From Cyanobacteria bacterium auto_48_18 (GTDB lineage Bacteria; Cyanobacteriota; Vampirovibrionia; Obscuribacterales; Obscuribacteraceae): a stretch of 64,000 nt of DNA. The DNA lies in NCBI GenBank assembly GCA_036170915.1, contig JAVHQC010000018.1:1-64000 (forward strand), in the 5' to 3' direction. Within the stretch, counting starts at the first letter, position 1. Every line of letters begins with the position of its first letter. Both the position numbers and the translations under genes were made by a program. Below the pieces are notes generated by a model. The model was not told the DNA's origin. It was given only the letters and a program-made list of their open reading frames with translations, and did not search any database. This document shows, one piece after another, positions 1 through 9,974 of the stretch.

Positions 1-67
1 TAATGAAACCAAAATGCCGAAATTTCCGCTACCACGGGGAGGACCGGACGCACACATTAGTAAAGAA

Positions 68-103
68 ACAACCGGCACGGCACAAAGCGTGCCGGCCGGT
101 TGT
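68..103 (-). terminator. Probable intrinsic terminator after the DnaJ-domain gene
   Basis: GC-rich hairpin ACAACCGGC...GCCGGTTGT followed by TTCTTT on the minus strand, just past the stop at 122. Confidence 0.55.
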
Positions 104-121
104 AAAAGAAACACCGCGTCG

Positions 122-1231
122 TTAGGCAGCGATTTCGTGAAATTCCTTCTTCAGTTCGACAAGAACGGATTCTGCAATCTTCTTGCAGGAGAAGGAGTTG
201 ATTGGCGAAGTGGTTCTCACTTCGATTCCAACCAGCCGTCCTATCGTTGATTCCTTAACTTCGAATCGCAATACGATTCGCCGTGGTCGCTTTTGTTCAG
301 GAAGCACTTCTTCCTCGAATTCGAGAATGGCTTCTTGAGCGGTTCCGCTTGAGAGAAACTTCCATTTGGCATTTGGTCTGATTTGCTTTTCGATCGTCAT
401 CTTCAGATATTCAATCGAGTTTTGAACGGTGCGATCTGTTCTGAAATAGAGCGTTTGTTCTTGAAGCTTGATGATTCTAACTTCAGCCAAATACCAACGA
501 AACAAGTAAACGGTGACGTATCCCGAGCCACCTAAAAGAAAAGGCATTGCCCAGTCTGGATAGGACGCGGGAAGGTCGGGAAAAATCAGTCGCAGCCCTG
601 CTGTGATAATATATAGCGGACCGAAAACTGCAGTGAATCCAAGAGCCATTGGAAGTGCTGTTGCGGAGTCGCTGTTGGGACGATTGCAATAGGCATCAAT
701 CTTCTTGATCCATTCTTGTAATGGAGTTAGCTTAAGCTCTGTTGTATTGAACCAGCCCGTAGCGGCACCGCCAGTGGTGCTACTTTGAGAAGAAGCAGTA
801 TCACTCTGCGAGGTTTTTGTATGGTCCCAGTAATGAAACTGCCCTGATTGCTGGCGCTGATTTCTATATGACTGCCCAGTCTTCTGCGCCGATTTCTGAG
901 TTGTTGACTGTGATTGATGACCGGATTGTCTGTTGTGACCGGCATTCGACGTGGCATAGCCACTTCGCGTATCAGACTGCGTAGAGCCGCTAGGCGCCTT
1001 GGGTGGCAAAGAATGGGGATTTGCATCAAACCATTTCTTGAGCACGTCACGCGCGTTGTTGAGTTGTTTTTGCTTCTCCAGCGCTTGCCGATACGCTTTC
1101 GGATCTCTCATGTGGTGATCGGGATGATGAACGCGAGAGAGCTTCCGCCAACGCTCATTGACTTCCTTGAGACTAGCACCGAACGGCAGTCCTAGAGCCT
1201 TATAACAAGCTTCAAAGTCGATGGTAGCCAT
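122..1231 (-). CDS. DnaJ (J-domain) membrane protein
   Basis: N-terminal J domain with HPD motif (YKALGL...VHHPDH), S/Q-rich linker, two hydrophobic helices; RBS-like GAGGA upstream. Confidence 0.8.
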   Translation of the reverse strand: MATIDFEACYKALGLPFGASLKEVNERWRKLSRVHHPDHHMRDPKAYRQALEKQKQLNNARDVLKKWFDANPHSLPPKAPSGSTQSDTRSGYATSNAGHNRQSGHQSQSTTQKSAQKTGQSYRNQRQQSGQFHYWDHTKTSQSDTASSQSSTTGGAATGWFNTTELKLTPLQEWIKKIDAYCNRPNSDSATALPMALGFTAVFGPLYIITAGLRLIFPDLPASYPDWAMPFLLGGSGYVTVYLFRWYLAEVRIIKLQEQTLYFRTDRTVQNSIEYLKMTIEKQIRPNAKWKFLSSGTAQEAILEFEEEVLPEQKRPRRIVLRFEVKESTIGRLVGIEVRTTSPINSFSCKKIAESVLVELKKEFHEIAA

Positions 1232-1277
1232 ATTTAGTTCCTCGTTTTTGCGCTCATAAGCGCGAGAAGAGCGGGCA

Positions 1278-1691
1278 TTACTGCCCGCTCCGAAGAGATA
1301 TTGGTTGTGGGTTCACTTGCAACAGAAGAGCAAGCGCGTTGTACTTCATCGCTTCGCGGTGCTTGCCTTGTCTGCAACATACGTGACCGAGAAGCTTATA
1401 GATAGTGATTAATCGCGCATGGTCGGTGGGAGCAATCTTCGTCGCGATACGATAAGCCGTTACAAGCGCTTTCTCTGCTAGGCGATGACCGTTGCGTCGT
1501 CCGACGTGCTCCTGTGCTGCTTTGATGAGTGCGTCTGCGACTCGTTCCGGCGACTCGATGCGGTTTGCGACATCTTCGCCGATCGCATAGAGTCGTTCGA
1601 CAAGTTCTTCGTACAGCGCTTCAGCTTTGTCGAGTTTCGTGAATGCGGCATTGCCAAAGGCAGCTGCATTTTTCAAGTTGAGTTTATCCAT
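1278..1691 (-). CDS. Hypothetical helical (TPR-like) protein
   Basis: 137 aa ORF, GGAGA RBS, TPR-like C-terminal LGHVCCRQGKHREAMKY. Confidence 0.6.
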   Translation of the reverse strand: MDKLNLKNAAAFGNAAFTKLDKAEALYEELVERLYAIGEDVANRIESPERVADALIKAAQEHVGRRNGHRLAEKALVTAYRIATKIAPTDHARLITIYKLLGHVCCRQGKHREAMKYNALALLLQVNPQPISLRSGQ

Positions 1692-1767
1692 TGTTATTCT
1701 CCATAGACAAGAAGGAGAGAACCAATAACCTCGGCTCTCTCCTTCGGAAAGTTTTTTGTTGTTTGAG

Positions 1768-1992
1768 TTAGCGGAAGCAGATTCCGCTGTCTGAACATTC
1801 GCTTGGAAGTGCGTAAGTGTTCTTTTTGATTAAGTGTGCGATTCCGCTCCTGGTGAGCATGATGCGCTGTTCGATACGGACCACGGGCAGTTTGCGTTGT
1901 TTGATCAATCTGCGTATTGTGTGTTCGGACATGTCGAGAAGCTTGGCTGCATCACGTACGGTAAAGAGCTGAAGGTTGTTCGCATCTGTCAT
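1768..1992 (-). CDS. Excisionase-like HTH DNA-binding protein
   Basis: LFTVRDAAKLLDMSEHTIRRLIKQRKLP fits the HTH_17/Xis pattern; GGAGG RBS. Confidence 0.8.
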   Translation of the reverse strand: MTDANNLQLFTVRDAAKLLDMSEHTIRRLIKQRKLPVVRIEQRIMLTRSGIAHLIKKNTYALPSECSDSGICFR

Positions 1993-2016
1993 GATGTCCT
2001 CCAGTAGTTAAGCGAT

Positions 2017-2283
2017 TTAGTTTTTGTTGGTGCGATAACCACAGCTGATTGTGCGGCTGTTGATGAATGTGTCGAGATCTGATTTTCTGTACTTGGCGAG
2101 CCGTCCGATTTTTACAAACCGAAGCGGGTAGCGTCTTGTCGAAGCCCATACAGCCAAAGTTTCTGGAGTCACTCCCAGGTATGCTGCTGCCTCACGGCGG
2201 GTGAGAAGATCTGATTGAAATCTCGATAGGATTACAGGAATAAGGGTTGACTGAACAACCTCAAGGTTTGTTTCGTTTGACAT
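2017..2283 (-). CDS. Excisionase/AlpA-like HTH protein
   Basis: LLTRREAAAYLGVTPETLAVW...FVKIGRLAKYRKSDLDTFI; start moved to ATG 2283, which has an AAGGAG RBS. Confidence 0.85.
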   Translation of the reverse strand: MSNETNLEVVQSTLIPVILSRFQSDLLTRREAAAYLGVTPETLAVWASTRRYPLRFVKIGRLAKYRKSDLDTFINSRTISCGYRTNKN

Positions 2284-2656
2284 TTGTGTTCTCCTTATGG
2301 AGCACCATTTGCGGTGCGCGAGAATTCGATCAGGGAATGTCAAAGCCTGATCGTGAAAGTTGAAGAAGGAAAAAAGTTTTGCAGGAAGGACCAGAAACAC
2401 TCGTCAATTCTGGTCAAACAAAAGCCCGAGGCGCGTGAATGTTCAGCTTGCCTCGGGTTAGATTGGCGCTTCGAGCACCATGTATTTATCGTACCGCCGC
2501 TTTCGAAAATCGCACCATAGGGTAAACCCTGAGTTCGCGAGACGTAATAGGCGGCAGAAACTTTTCCCAAACCCGCGACCGCTTGACAGGGTGGTGTGTA
2601 GACTTAACGACCGTCAGTTAGAATCAGTAAATCGGCCTTTGCCTGTGGGGGTACAC

Positions 2657-3073
2657 ATGAAGTACTGGTTTTTATGCTTACCAAGGGAAGATATGGAACA
2701 CTGCATCAATGTCGGCACCTTTGGATTAAGTCGCAAGCACATTCTCGGACAGGTTCAAAAGGGAGATGCAGTTGTGTGCTGTGCGGGAAAAGGTGATTGG
2801 AAGATCATTGCACTTGGCTCGGCGACGAGCGACTACTATGTGGACGATAAAAAGCTTTTCTTGAAGGAGGGCTACTTCTTCGATAGGTTTAATTTTGAAG
2901 CAACGTCGATTCCGACGGATCGCGAGGTTGATCTGATCTCCATAATCGATCAACTGAGTTTCGTAACGAATATGGCTTACTGGGCAGTTTTCTTTAGAAA
3001 TGGCATTGCGAAAATGGCGAAATCTGATTGGGATCTGATCCAAAAGTCAGCGGGCTCGCCAAGCATGCGCTGA
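2657..3073 (+). CDS. EVE-domain (PUA-like) protein
   Basis: MKYWFL...GTFGL...VQKGDAVVC..GKG..IIALG is a typical EVE pattern; start at ATG 2657. Confidence 0.7.
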   Translation: MKYWFLCLPREDMEHCINVGTFGLSRKHILGQVQKGDAVVCCAGKGDWKIIALGSATSDYYVDDKKLFLKEGYFFDRFNFEATSIPTDREVDLISIIDQLSFVTNMAYWAVFFRNGIAKMAKSDWDLIQKSAGSPSMR

Positions 3074-3074
3074 A

Positions 3075-6000
3075 CTAACGCAACTCGATTTCGGCTTGAT
3101 TTGTCAGCTCGTACACCATGTCGGCAACAAAGCGCTTGAAGGACTCGTTCTCTACGAACTGTTTGTACACCTGCGTGTCGTCCTTTAAAAGGTGTTGCAT
3201 CACCTTGGCCAATGCCTGATCATGCGCCATGCGCGCTGTATGCGGTGTATTCTCCTTGGCATTCTGATAGGCTGCATCGGCCGCTACTTTTGGTGCGATG
3301 TCGTCACGGATGCGCTTCGCGACACGGTCAGTATCGGTAAATAGCGTGCCAAATTGATCATTGAATGTTTTAAGTATGTTGCTTAGCCGATCCAATTGCG
3401 GTTCTTTCGTTCGACCGCCAGCGTCAGTTGGAACCGGCTCAATCTCCGCATCCTCATCGGCCAACGCAATTTTCATGGCGGCTTTCTTCTCGACACGATA
3501 ACTGTCCATATCGATGGCTTCGATAATGCCTTTTGAAAGGTCTTCCTCCTCTGGCGCGGGAAGCTTCGGTATCAACAGGTTGAGCAGAATTGACAGTTTC
3601 TCCCACTGCACGTTGTTATAAGGAAGTATGGATGAGAGAAAACTGTAAATACGGCAGAATGCTTTAGCCTTGCCTTTGAAGTCAACTTGCCCGTCCTCAT
3701 CAAGTCTATTTTTGTAGACGAGGACGCACACATCAAGGATCGGATCAAGCTTGTCGCGATCTGCGCCGCTGAGGAACAAATCCACGACTTGCTGTATTTG
3801 CGCAGGAGAATAGACTTGTGCATCATCCAGCGCTGTCTTCAAGTCATGTAGCTTATTGGGGTCTGTCTCGTCTGACAGCACGGTTGTTCGGTAATAATCC
3901 TGGAAAGCGCTGGTGACCGCCTCTGTATTATTTTGGAAGTCCAGCACGAAGCAGTCGTGTTTCTGTGGGTGCGAGCGATTCAGGCGCGAAAGTGTTTGCA
4001 CGGCCTTGATTCCAGAGAGCGCCTTGTCCACATACATTGTATGCAGCAGTGGCTCGTCGTAACCAGTCTGAAATTTTTCCGCGCAAATTAGAAAGCGGTA
4101 AGGGTCGGTCTGGATCTTTTCTGCGATGTCCCCACTCGCAAAACCATTGAGCGAACTTTCCGTCGACTTCGCTTCGCCGTATTCACCTGAGAACGCGACA
4201 ATTGCTTGGTATGGGCTCTTCCGCTCTTTTAGGTAATCCTTGAAAGCTTGGAAGTATTGAATAGCTCTCTCGATGCCACCAGTTACAACCATAGCCCGAG
4301 CTTGTCCGCCGATTTTGCTGGAAGCCAACACTTGTTCGTGGAAGTGGTCTACCATGATCTCGGCCTTGAGCCTGATCGCATGATCATGACTTTCGACATA
4401 ACGACGCAATTTCTTTTTCGCCTTCTTGGTGTCAAACTCGGGGTCATCTTCAGTCTTCTTGATCAGCTTATAATAGCTGGTGACTGGTGTATAACAGGCG
4501 AGAACGTCTAGGATGAAACCTTCTTCAATCGCCTGCTTCATGGTATAGCTATGGAAAGGCCTGTGTTTAACTTTGCTCTCAGCATCTGGTGGTAGTGGCT
4601 CGCCGAAAAGTTCCAATGTCTTATTCTTCGGTGTTGCAGTAAAAGCAAAGTAACTGGCATTGGTTAGCATCTTGCGTGCATCCATCCGCTTCAAAAGTGC
4701 ATCATTTACTGTATCTTCTGGATCCGGTCCCTCATCGTCTCCGCTCGCGCCACTAAGCGCCTCGCTCATCGCTCCGGACGTTTTACCACCCTGGCTTGAG
4801 TGAGCTTCGTCGATGACGATGGCAAAGGTCTTAGCGTCTTCTGTGGCAATCTCGTCCAGGATGAAGGGAAATTTCTGCACCGTCGAAACGATGATCTTTT
4901 TTCCCTCTTCAATGAACTTACGCAGATCGCCCGCATGTTTAGCGTGCCCCACGGTCGCGCCGACCTGCATGAATTGCTTAATAGTGGTCTGAAGCTGTTG
5001 ATCTAGCAATCGCCGATCTGTTACCACGATGACAGAATCAAAGACGTCTTTATCATTGCGCTTCAACCCAATGAGCTGGTGCGCAAGCCATGCAATGGAA
5101 TTTGATTTGCCGCTGCCTGCGGAATGTTGGATAAGATACCGCTTACCAGCACCACGAGCCTGTACATCGCTCAATGCCAGTCGAACTACTCCGAGCTGGT
5201 GATAACGGGGCCAAACTTGCTTGCGCTTCTTTTTTCCGGTGCGTGGATCTTTTTCTTCCACAATCTGTGCGTAGTTTTCTAGGATGTTAGTTAGTCCGGC
5301 TGGAGTCAGCACCTCCTTCCAAAGATAGTCAGTCTTAAGTCCGTGCGGATTTGGAGGATTGCCAGCGTGATCCTCAAAGCCCTTGTTGAACGGTAAAAAC
5401 CACGACTGCTTGCCGGCGAGCGCTGTGCACATCTGAACCTCGCTGTCATCCACCGCGAGGTGCACAACGCAACGACCGAACTCAAACAACCTCTCGCGTG
5501 GATCGCGGTCACGCTTATATTGGTGAACAGCATCTTCAACTGTCTGTTTTGTAAGGCTATTCTTGAGTTCAAAAGTAGCAATGGGTAAGCCGTTGATAAA
5601 CAGACCTAAGTCGAGAGCCCGACGCGTCTCGTCCATGCTATATGCCAATTGACGTGTTATAGAAAAACGGTTTTCCGCGTGTAGAGCCTCCGCTTTTTCA
5701 TTGCCTGGAGAAGGTGTACCGTAGAAGAGGGTGAAGTGCAAAGGACCGTGGGAAATGCCCTTCCGCAATAGATCGATGACACCTCGTTTACCGATTTCGG
5801 CCGACATACGGCTTAGGAATTTCAGCCGATTGATGTCTTGTCCGTCGTTCTCATGAATAATGCCCAATTTATCGAACGCGTCGGACTGAGTAACCTTTAG
5901 GAATGCGAAGAGCTGGAGCACGTCAATTGCTTGGGCGCGGTCGTAGTGTTTCGGATTACCCGCAAAATAGCCTGTCCCGGAGGGATGAGGTTTTGCTGCT

Positions 6001-6134
6001 ATCGAAACCAAATAATCGTCTGACGAATCGCTTTCCGCTACCCTGCCTGGAATTAGTTTCGGCAGACCATCCATGCCAGTCATGTGCCGCATGATGAGCG
6101 TTTCTAGCCCTTTTTCGCTAATATCTGTAGTCAT
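3075..6134 (-). CDS. hsdR: Type I restriction endonuclease subunit R
   Basis: Nuclease motif DLGLFINGLPIATFELK, Walker A HSAGSGKS, DEAH box, FTATP, QTLSRLNR; ATGA overlap with hsdS. Confidence 0.95.
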   Translation of the reverse strand: MTTDISEKGLETLIMRHMTGMDGLPKLIPGRVAESDSSDDYLVSIAAKPHPSGTGYFAGNPKHYDRAQAIDVLQLFAFLKVTQSDAFDKLGIIHENDGQDINRLKFLSRMSAEIGKRGVIDLLRKGISHGPLHFTLFYGTPSPGNEKAEALHAENRFSITRQLAYSMDETRRALDLGLFINGLPIATFELKNSLTKQTVEDAVHQYKRDRDPRERLFEFGRCVVHLAVDDSEVQMCTALAGKQSWFLPFNKGFEDHAGNPPNPHGLKTDYLWKEVLTPAGLTNILENYAQIVEEKDPRTGKKKRKQVWPRYHQLGVVRLALSDVQARGAGKRYLIQHSAGSGKSNSIAWLAHQLIGLKRNDKDVFDSVIVVTDRRLLDQQLQTTIKQFMQVGATVGHAKHAGDLRKFIEEGKKIIVSTVQKFPFILDEIATEDAKTFAIVIDEAHSSQGGKTSGAMSEALSGASGDDEGPDPEDTVNDALLKRMDARKMLTNASYFAFTATPKNKTLELFGEPLPPDAESKVKHRPFHSYTMKQAIEEGFILDVLACYTPVTSYYKLIKKTEDDPEFDTKKAKKKLRRYVESHDHAIRLKAEIMVDHFHEQVLASSKIGGQARAMVVTGGIERAIQYFQAFKDYLKERKSPYQAIVAFSGEYGEAKSTESSLNGFASGDIAEKIQTDPYRFLICAEKFQTGYDEPLLHTMYVDKALSGIKAVQTLSRLNRSHPQKHDCFVLDFQNNTEAVTSAFQDYYRTTVLSDETDPNKLHDLKTALDDAQVYSPAQIQQVVDLFLSGADRDKLDPILDVCVLVYKNRLDEDGQVDFKGKAKAFCRIYSFLSSILPYNNVQWEKLSILLNLLIPKLPAPEEEDLSKGIIEAIDMDSYRVEKKAAMKIALADEDAEIEPVPTDAGGRTKEPQLDRLSNILKTFNDQFGTLFTDTDRVAKRIRDDIAPKVAADAAYQNAKENTPHTARMAHDQALAKVMQHLLKDDTQVYKQFVENESFKRFVADMVYELTNQAEIELR

Positions 6135-7555
6135 ACGAGGCATTCCTCATCAGTGACTTCGTCGTCCATACTTAATTCGGTCTCGTATTCGGAACAAGCG
6201 TGCTCCCGTGGCAATTGCGCAACCGTGTCACGCACATCCAATTTACCCGTTACTACGTCGGCGATAAGCCTGGTTTGAAGCTCTTGCAGAAGTCCAATTT
6301 CCAACTGCATACGCGCCAGCGTTGCCTCTATATCTTTGAGACTTAATCGTAAGAATCTGACTAGATTCTTTTGTTCATCGATGGGAGGTAACGCAACTCG
6401 GAAGTGTTTAACGTCATCGCAGGTCAAAGCACCCTTAGTACTACCCGAATCCGTGCTGATACGACGTAATTCGCTGTAGGAAGCGATGAGAAACATCTGC
6501 AGGTAATCAGAGCAGACTTTTTCCTTTCGTGGCGAAATATAGGCCATGTGCTGATTTATAGTTGCTTCAAACGTCAATAATGCCGCTGTACCACGAGTCT
6601 TCCCTTGTCCAGTAATCGCCACTAGAATGCTATCGGCGGGAACGATCGGTAAATGACATTCGCGAAGCGCAAGGTCCGTAACGTATTGGTCAGCGACGGT
6701 TATAGATCCTTGATTCACGCTTGCGCTGTTAAGCCAGGGGAAGATTCCGTTTTCCCAATACTTCGAGTTGCCCCGTGACGGAGTCGATCCGTTTCCGACC
6801 TTCGCGAAGTGTCGGATCTGCCAGCTCTCCCAGTGCTCAGGAATATCACCAAGCCATCGAATCCCAGAGGATTTGAGTGGGGCTGATGTATCGAGCCCGC
6901 GAGTGATCGCCCGGTAGATGATTGCTTGTTTCTGCTCATTGAGCAGTGCGATAACTTTCCGCTTCGCTCGAACGGCTCGCTCTAGCCGTCCTTTTGCCCA
7001 ATCGAGAAATCGCACAATCGAGGCTTGTTCATCGGGTGGCGGGAGAGGGACTGTTTGTCCGCCGAAAGTGTTGTACCGAAAGTCAGTTGAGCGTTCTCGG
7101 ATACCACGGGAGAGAGCAAGAATCCACTGAGTTCGCGCCATTTCACGGACAATGAAGGCGTAATAGTGTGCATTAATTCCCGATTTCGGTTGGCATACGG
7201 CATAGACCGGCGTCCCCTTACCATCGCTGTCTGACACGCCGATAGCTCCAGCGAAGGCGTCCATAGCATGAATAATCAAGTCGCCCCTTCGAATGCCCTG
7301 GTACCCGAATTCGTAGATTGCTTCTGTAAATCCGGTCAGACGTCGATTCTTTCTTAGTGTGACAATGCCATCCCGGAAGCACGTGACGACCTCATCACTG
7401 TCTCTAACCGGACGATCCATCTTTGTCAGTAAATTTTTGGCGCGTTCTAGCGACCAATGGATGGGCACCAGGCCCAACCATGGAACCTGTGAGGGTTTGT
7501 ATTCGGGATATGGTTTGAGGTCAGAGACCGAAAATTTTTCTGTTTCTGAAATCAT
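6131..7555 (-). CDS. hsdS: Type I R-M specificity subunit S
   Basis: Two TRDs with repeated conserved regions (KPSQVPWLG / KSSGIRWLG; PLPPPDEQ / ALPPIDEQ). Confidence 0.95.
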   Translation of the reverse strand: MISETEKFSVSDLKPYPEYKPSQVPWLGLVPIHWSLERAKNLLTKMDRPVRDSDEVVTCFRDGIVTLRKNRRLTGFTEAIYEFGYQGIRRGDLIIHAMDAFAGAIGVSDSDGKGTPVYAVCQPKSGINAHYYAFIVREMARTQWILALSRGIRERSTDFRYNTFGGQTVPLPPPDEQASIVRFLDWAKGRLERAVRAKRKVIALLNEQKQAIIYRAITRGLDTSAPLKSSGIRWLGDIPEHWESWQIRHFAKVGNGSTPSRGNSKYWENGIFPWLNSASVNQGSITVADQYVTDLALRECHLPIVPADSILVAITGQGKTRGTAALLTFEATINQHMAYISPRKEKVCSDYLQMFLIASYSELRRISTDSGSTKGALTCDDVKHFRVALPPIDEQKNLVRFLRLSLKDIEATLARMQLEIGLLQELQTRLIADVVTGKLDVRDTVAQLPREHACSEYETELSMDDEVTDEECLV

Positions 7556-9852
7556 CTCTCGCCCACCTTCAGTAAGCCATCGAGCAGCCCCTCCGCTTCT
7601 TTCTCAACTGCGAGAATATCGGCGCTAATTTCTTCTAGCGTGCGCAGCAATTGCGGCTTGTAGAAGTATCGCGTAAAGCTCACCTCGTAGCCCATCTTAG
7701 TTGCGTCCTCCTTGATCCAAGCGTCCGGTGTGAACGGCAGGACTTCGCGGCGAAAGAAGGATTCAATGCCTCCTTCTTCTAGAACCGGCACCTGCTCTGT
7801 ATCGCGGAGATCAGAGTCTGGCTCGTACTCTACAACCGCCTGCTTGCCGTCCACAGTTGCATTAAACAGTCCTCGCAACTCGTCGGACTTAGCCTTTCCA
7901 GATTTGTGCACTTTTGCTATCACTGCTGGTGCCGTCTCGACTCGCCAACTCACGGCTTTCAAAATCTGCTTTAGGTCGGGAGCGGAAAGCTTGATGTCAG
8001 CTTTTCTGAGAACATCATTAACCCGGATTCGAAAGACATTGTGATCCTCGAAAAGCTCCTCGCCCAATGCATCTCTTAACTGAGTGGCGACTTCAACAAG
8101 GCGGCCATCGCGCTCCCATGTCTTCTGGTCGAGTAGTTTCTTTTTTTTCTTTTCTGGTAGTCCCTTCTTCGTGCCTTCGCCTGCATCATCATCGTCGTCG
8201 TCGTCGCTGCCCCAATCCTGTAGGCGCTTCTCTAATGCGGGAAAGATCTTGGGAAAGGCGGTGAACAAGTCATTCCCAAACTCCTCGTGCAGTAGAGAGC
8301 GTAAATCCTCATCACCGCTATTGAAGCGAAGTGTCTCAATGGACTTTAGCGTTAGCTGGCTCTGAAGTCGAAGCGGGCGTTCAATTGTCACTTTCCAGTA
8401 CCCGAAGGCCGCGTTCGGGAAAATCTTAGATTCAGGCGTTTCCTTGAACTCTAGGAAGATGCGGCTGATTCGCTCGATGTCGTCTGCGGCGAGTTCGCAG
8501 TTCTTTTTTCCTAGGTTCTTTCGGAGTGGCTTGAACCATTGACTTGCATCAATAAGTTGCACACGGTCCTTACGGTGTGCGGGCTTCCTATTGGACATCA
8601 CCCAGATGTACGTAGCGATGCCGGTGTTGTAGAAGAGGTTCAGGGGGAGCGCCACAATCGCCTCGACCCAGTCGTTCTCAATTAACCAGCGCCGTATGTT
8701 GCTCTCACCTTGACCAGCGTCGCCGGTGAAAAGTGAGGAGCCATTGTGAACCTCAGCAATACGGCTACCGAGGGCAGATTTGGCATTCATCTTCGAGGCC
8801 ATATTTGCGAGGAAGAGCAACTGCCCATCGCTTGAACGTGTTACTAATGAGAGTTCTTCGCCGTTGTGTATAACCTTGAAACGCGGATCTCGCATTCCAT
8901 CTTTTCCGCCCATGGCTTCCAGGTCCTTCTTCCAGCTCTTGCCATAGGGTGGATTCGCGAGCATAAAATCGAACTCTTGAGAAGGAAACGCGTCGTGCGA
9001 CAGAGTTGACCATTCTGCACCACCCACGATATGGTCTGCGCTTTCACCTTCTCCTTTGAGGAGCATGTCGGCTTTGCAGACTGCGTATGTCTCTGGGTTG
9101 ATCTCTTGTCCGTATAATAAACACTTGATTTGCTGTCCGCTTTTCGCACCCATTGATGTTAGAGTTTCTTCTCCCACGGTAAGCATGCCGCCTGTGCCAC
9201 ACGCGCAATCGTAAAGTAAGTAAGTCCCAGATTTGATTTCGTTCTCAATGGGGAGGAAGACTAGGTTTGCCATCAATCGAACCGCATCTCGTGGCGTCCA
9301 GTGTTCGCCGGCCTCCTCATTGTTTTCCTCATTAAACTTCCGTACTAACTCCTCAAATACGGTGCCCATTGAGTGGTTGTCGATGCCTGCGGGCGAGAGA
9401 TCAATATCAGGATCGAGAAACTTGTTCACCAAAGTTCCCAGGGCGTCAGCCTTTGAGAGTGTCGAAAGTTGGTTGCGGAATTTGAAATTGTCGAGGATGT
9501 CCTGCACATTGGGCGAGAAGCCGTTGAGATAGTCTTCAAAGTCTGCAAGTAGCTGTTGCTGAGTCCCCCTGGACTTCAGGTCGCGCAGGGTAAACTTGGA
9601 TGTGTTGAAAAATGCTTGTCCAGATGCCTCACAAAGCGCGGCCCGCTGCTCAGTGATGCGTGCTTCGTCAAGCAACTTTTTGGTCTCTAGTACCGCTTTT
9701 TTCGTTGGTTCAAGTACGGCATCCATCCGCCGAATGACACACATCGGAAGAATTACATCCGGGTATTTGCCGCGTTTGAAGAGATCGCGGAGGACATCGT
9801 CGGCGATGCCCCAAATGAAAGAGACGATTTTGTTGTGCGCTGCTTGGTCCAC
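7552..9852 (-). CDS. hsdM: Type I R-M methyltransferase subunit M
   Basis: GEHWTPRD, SAM motif YDCACGTGG, catalytic NPPY. Confidence 0.95.
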   Translation of the reverse strand: MDQAAHNKIVSFIWGIADDVLRDLFKRGKYPDVILPMCVIRRMDAVLEPTKKAVLETKKLLDEARITEQRAALCEASGQAFFNTSKFTLRDLKSRGTQQQLLADFEDYLNGFSPNVQDILDNFKFRNQLSTLSKADALGTLVNKFLDPDIDLSPAGIDNHSMGTVFEELVRKFNEENNEEAGEHWTPRDAVRLMANLVFLPIENEIKSGTYLLYDCACGTGGMLTVGEETLTSMGAKSGQQIKCLLYGQEINPETYAVCKADMLLKGEGESADHIVGGAEWSTLSHDAFPSQEFDFMLANPPYGKSWKKDLEAMGGKDGMRDPRFKVIHNGEELSLVTRSSDGQLLFLANMASKMNAKSALGSRIAEVHNGSSLFTGDAGQGESNIRRWLIENDWVEAIVALPLNLFYNTGIATYIWVMSNRKPAHRKDRVQLIDASQWFKPLRKNLGKKNCELAADDIERISRIFLEFKETPESKIFPNAAFGYWKVTIERPLRLQSQLTLKSIETLRFNSGDEDLRSLLHEEFGNDLFTAFPKIFPALEKRLQDWGSDDDDDDDAGEGTKKGLPEKKKKKLLDQKTWERDGRLVEVATQLRDALGEELFEDHNVFRIRVNDVLRKADIKLSAPDLKQILKAVSWRVETAPAVIAKVHKSGKAKSDELRGLFNATVDGKQAVVEYEPDSDLRDTEQVPVLEEGGIESFFRREVLPFTPDAWIKEDATKMGYEVSFTRYFYKPQLLRTLEEISADILAVEKEAEGLLDGLLKVGER

Positions 9853-9974
9853 TACTGCATCTTCCTTGCTTTAATTAATTAGTATGGTTCCTGTTATCTC
9901 TGTTTCCACTTTTTTCCTCTAATAACCATTCGAGTTCGACATTTCAAAAACCCTATTGAACTTCAAGACTGAAC

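Noticed and set aside
8141..8206. A8 tract and Asp-codon run in hsdM as a phase-variation switch
   Set aside because: The tract is short and explained by Lys- and Asp-rich coding; the Asp codons are mixed and the frame is intact.
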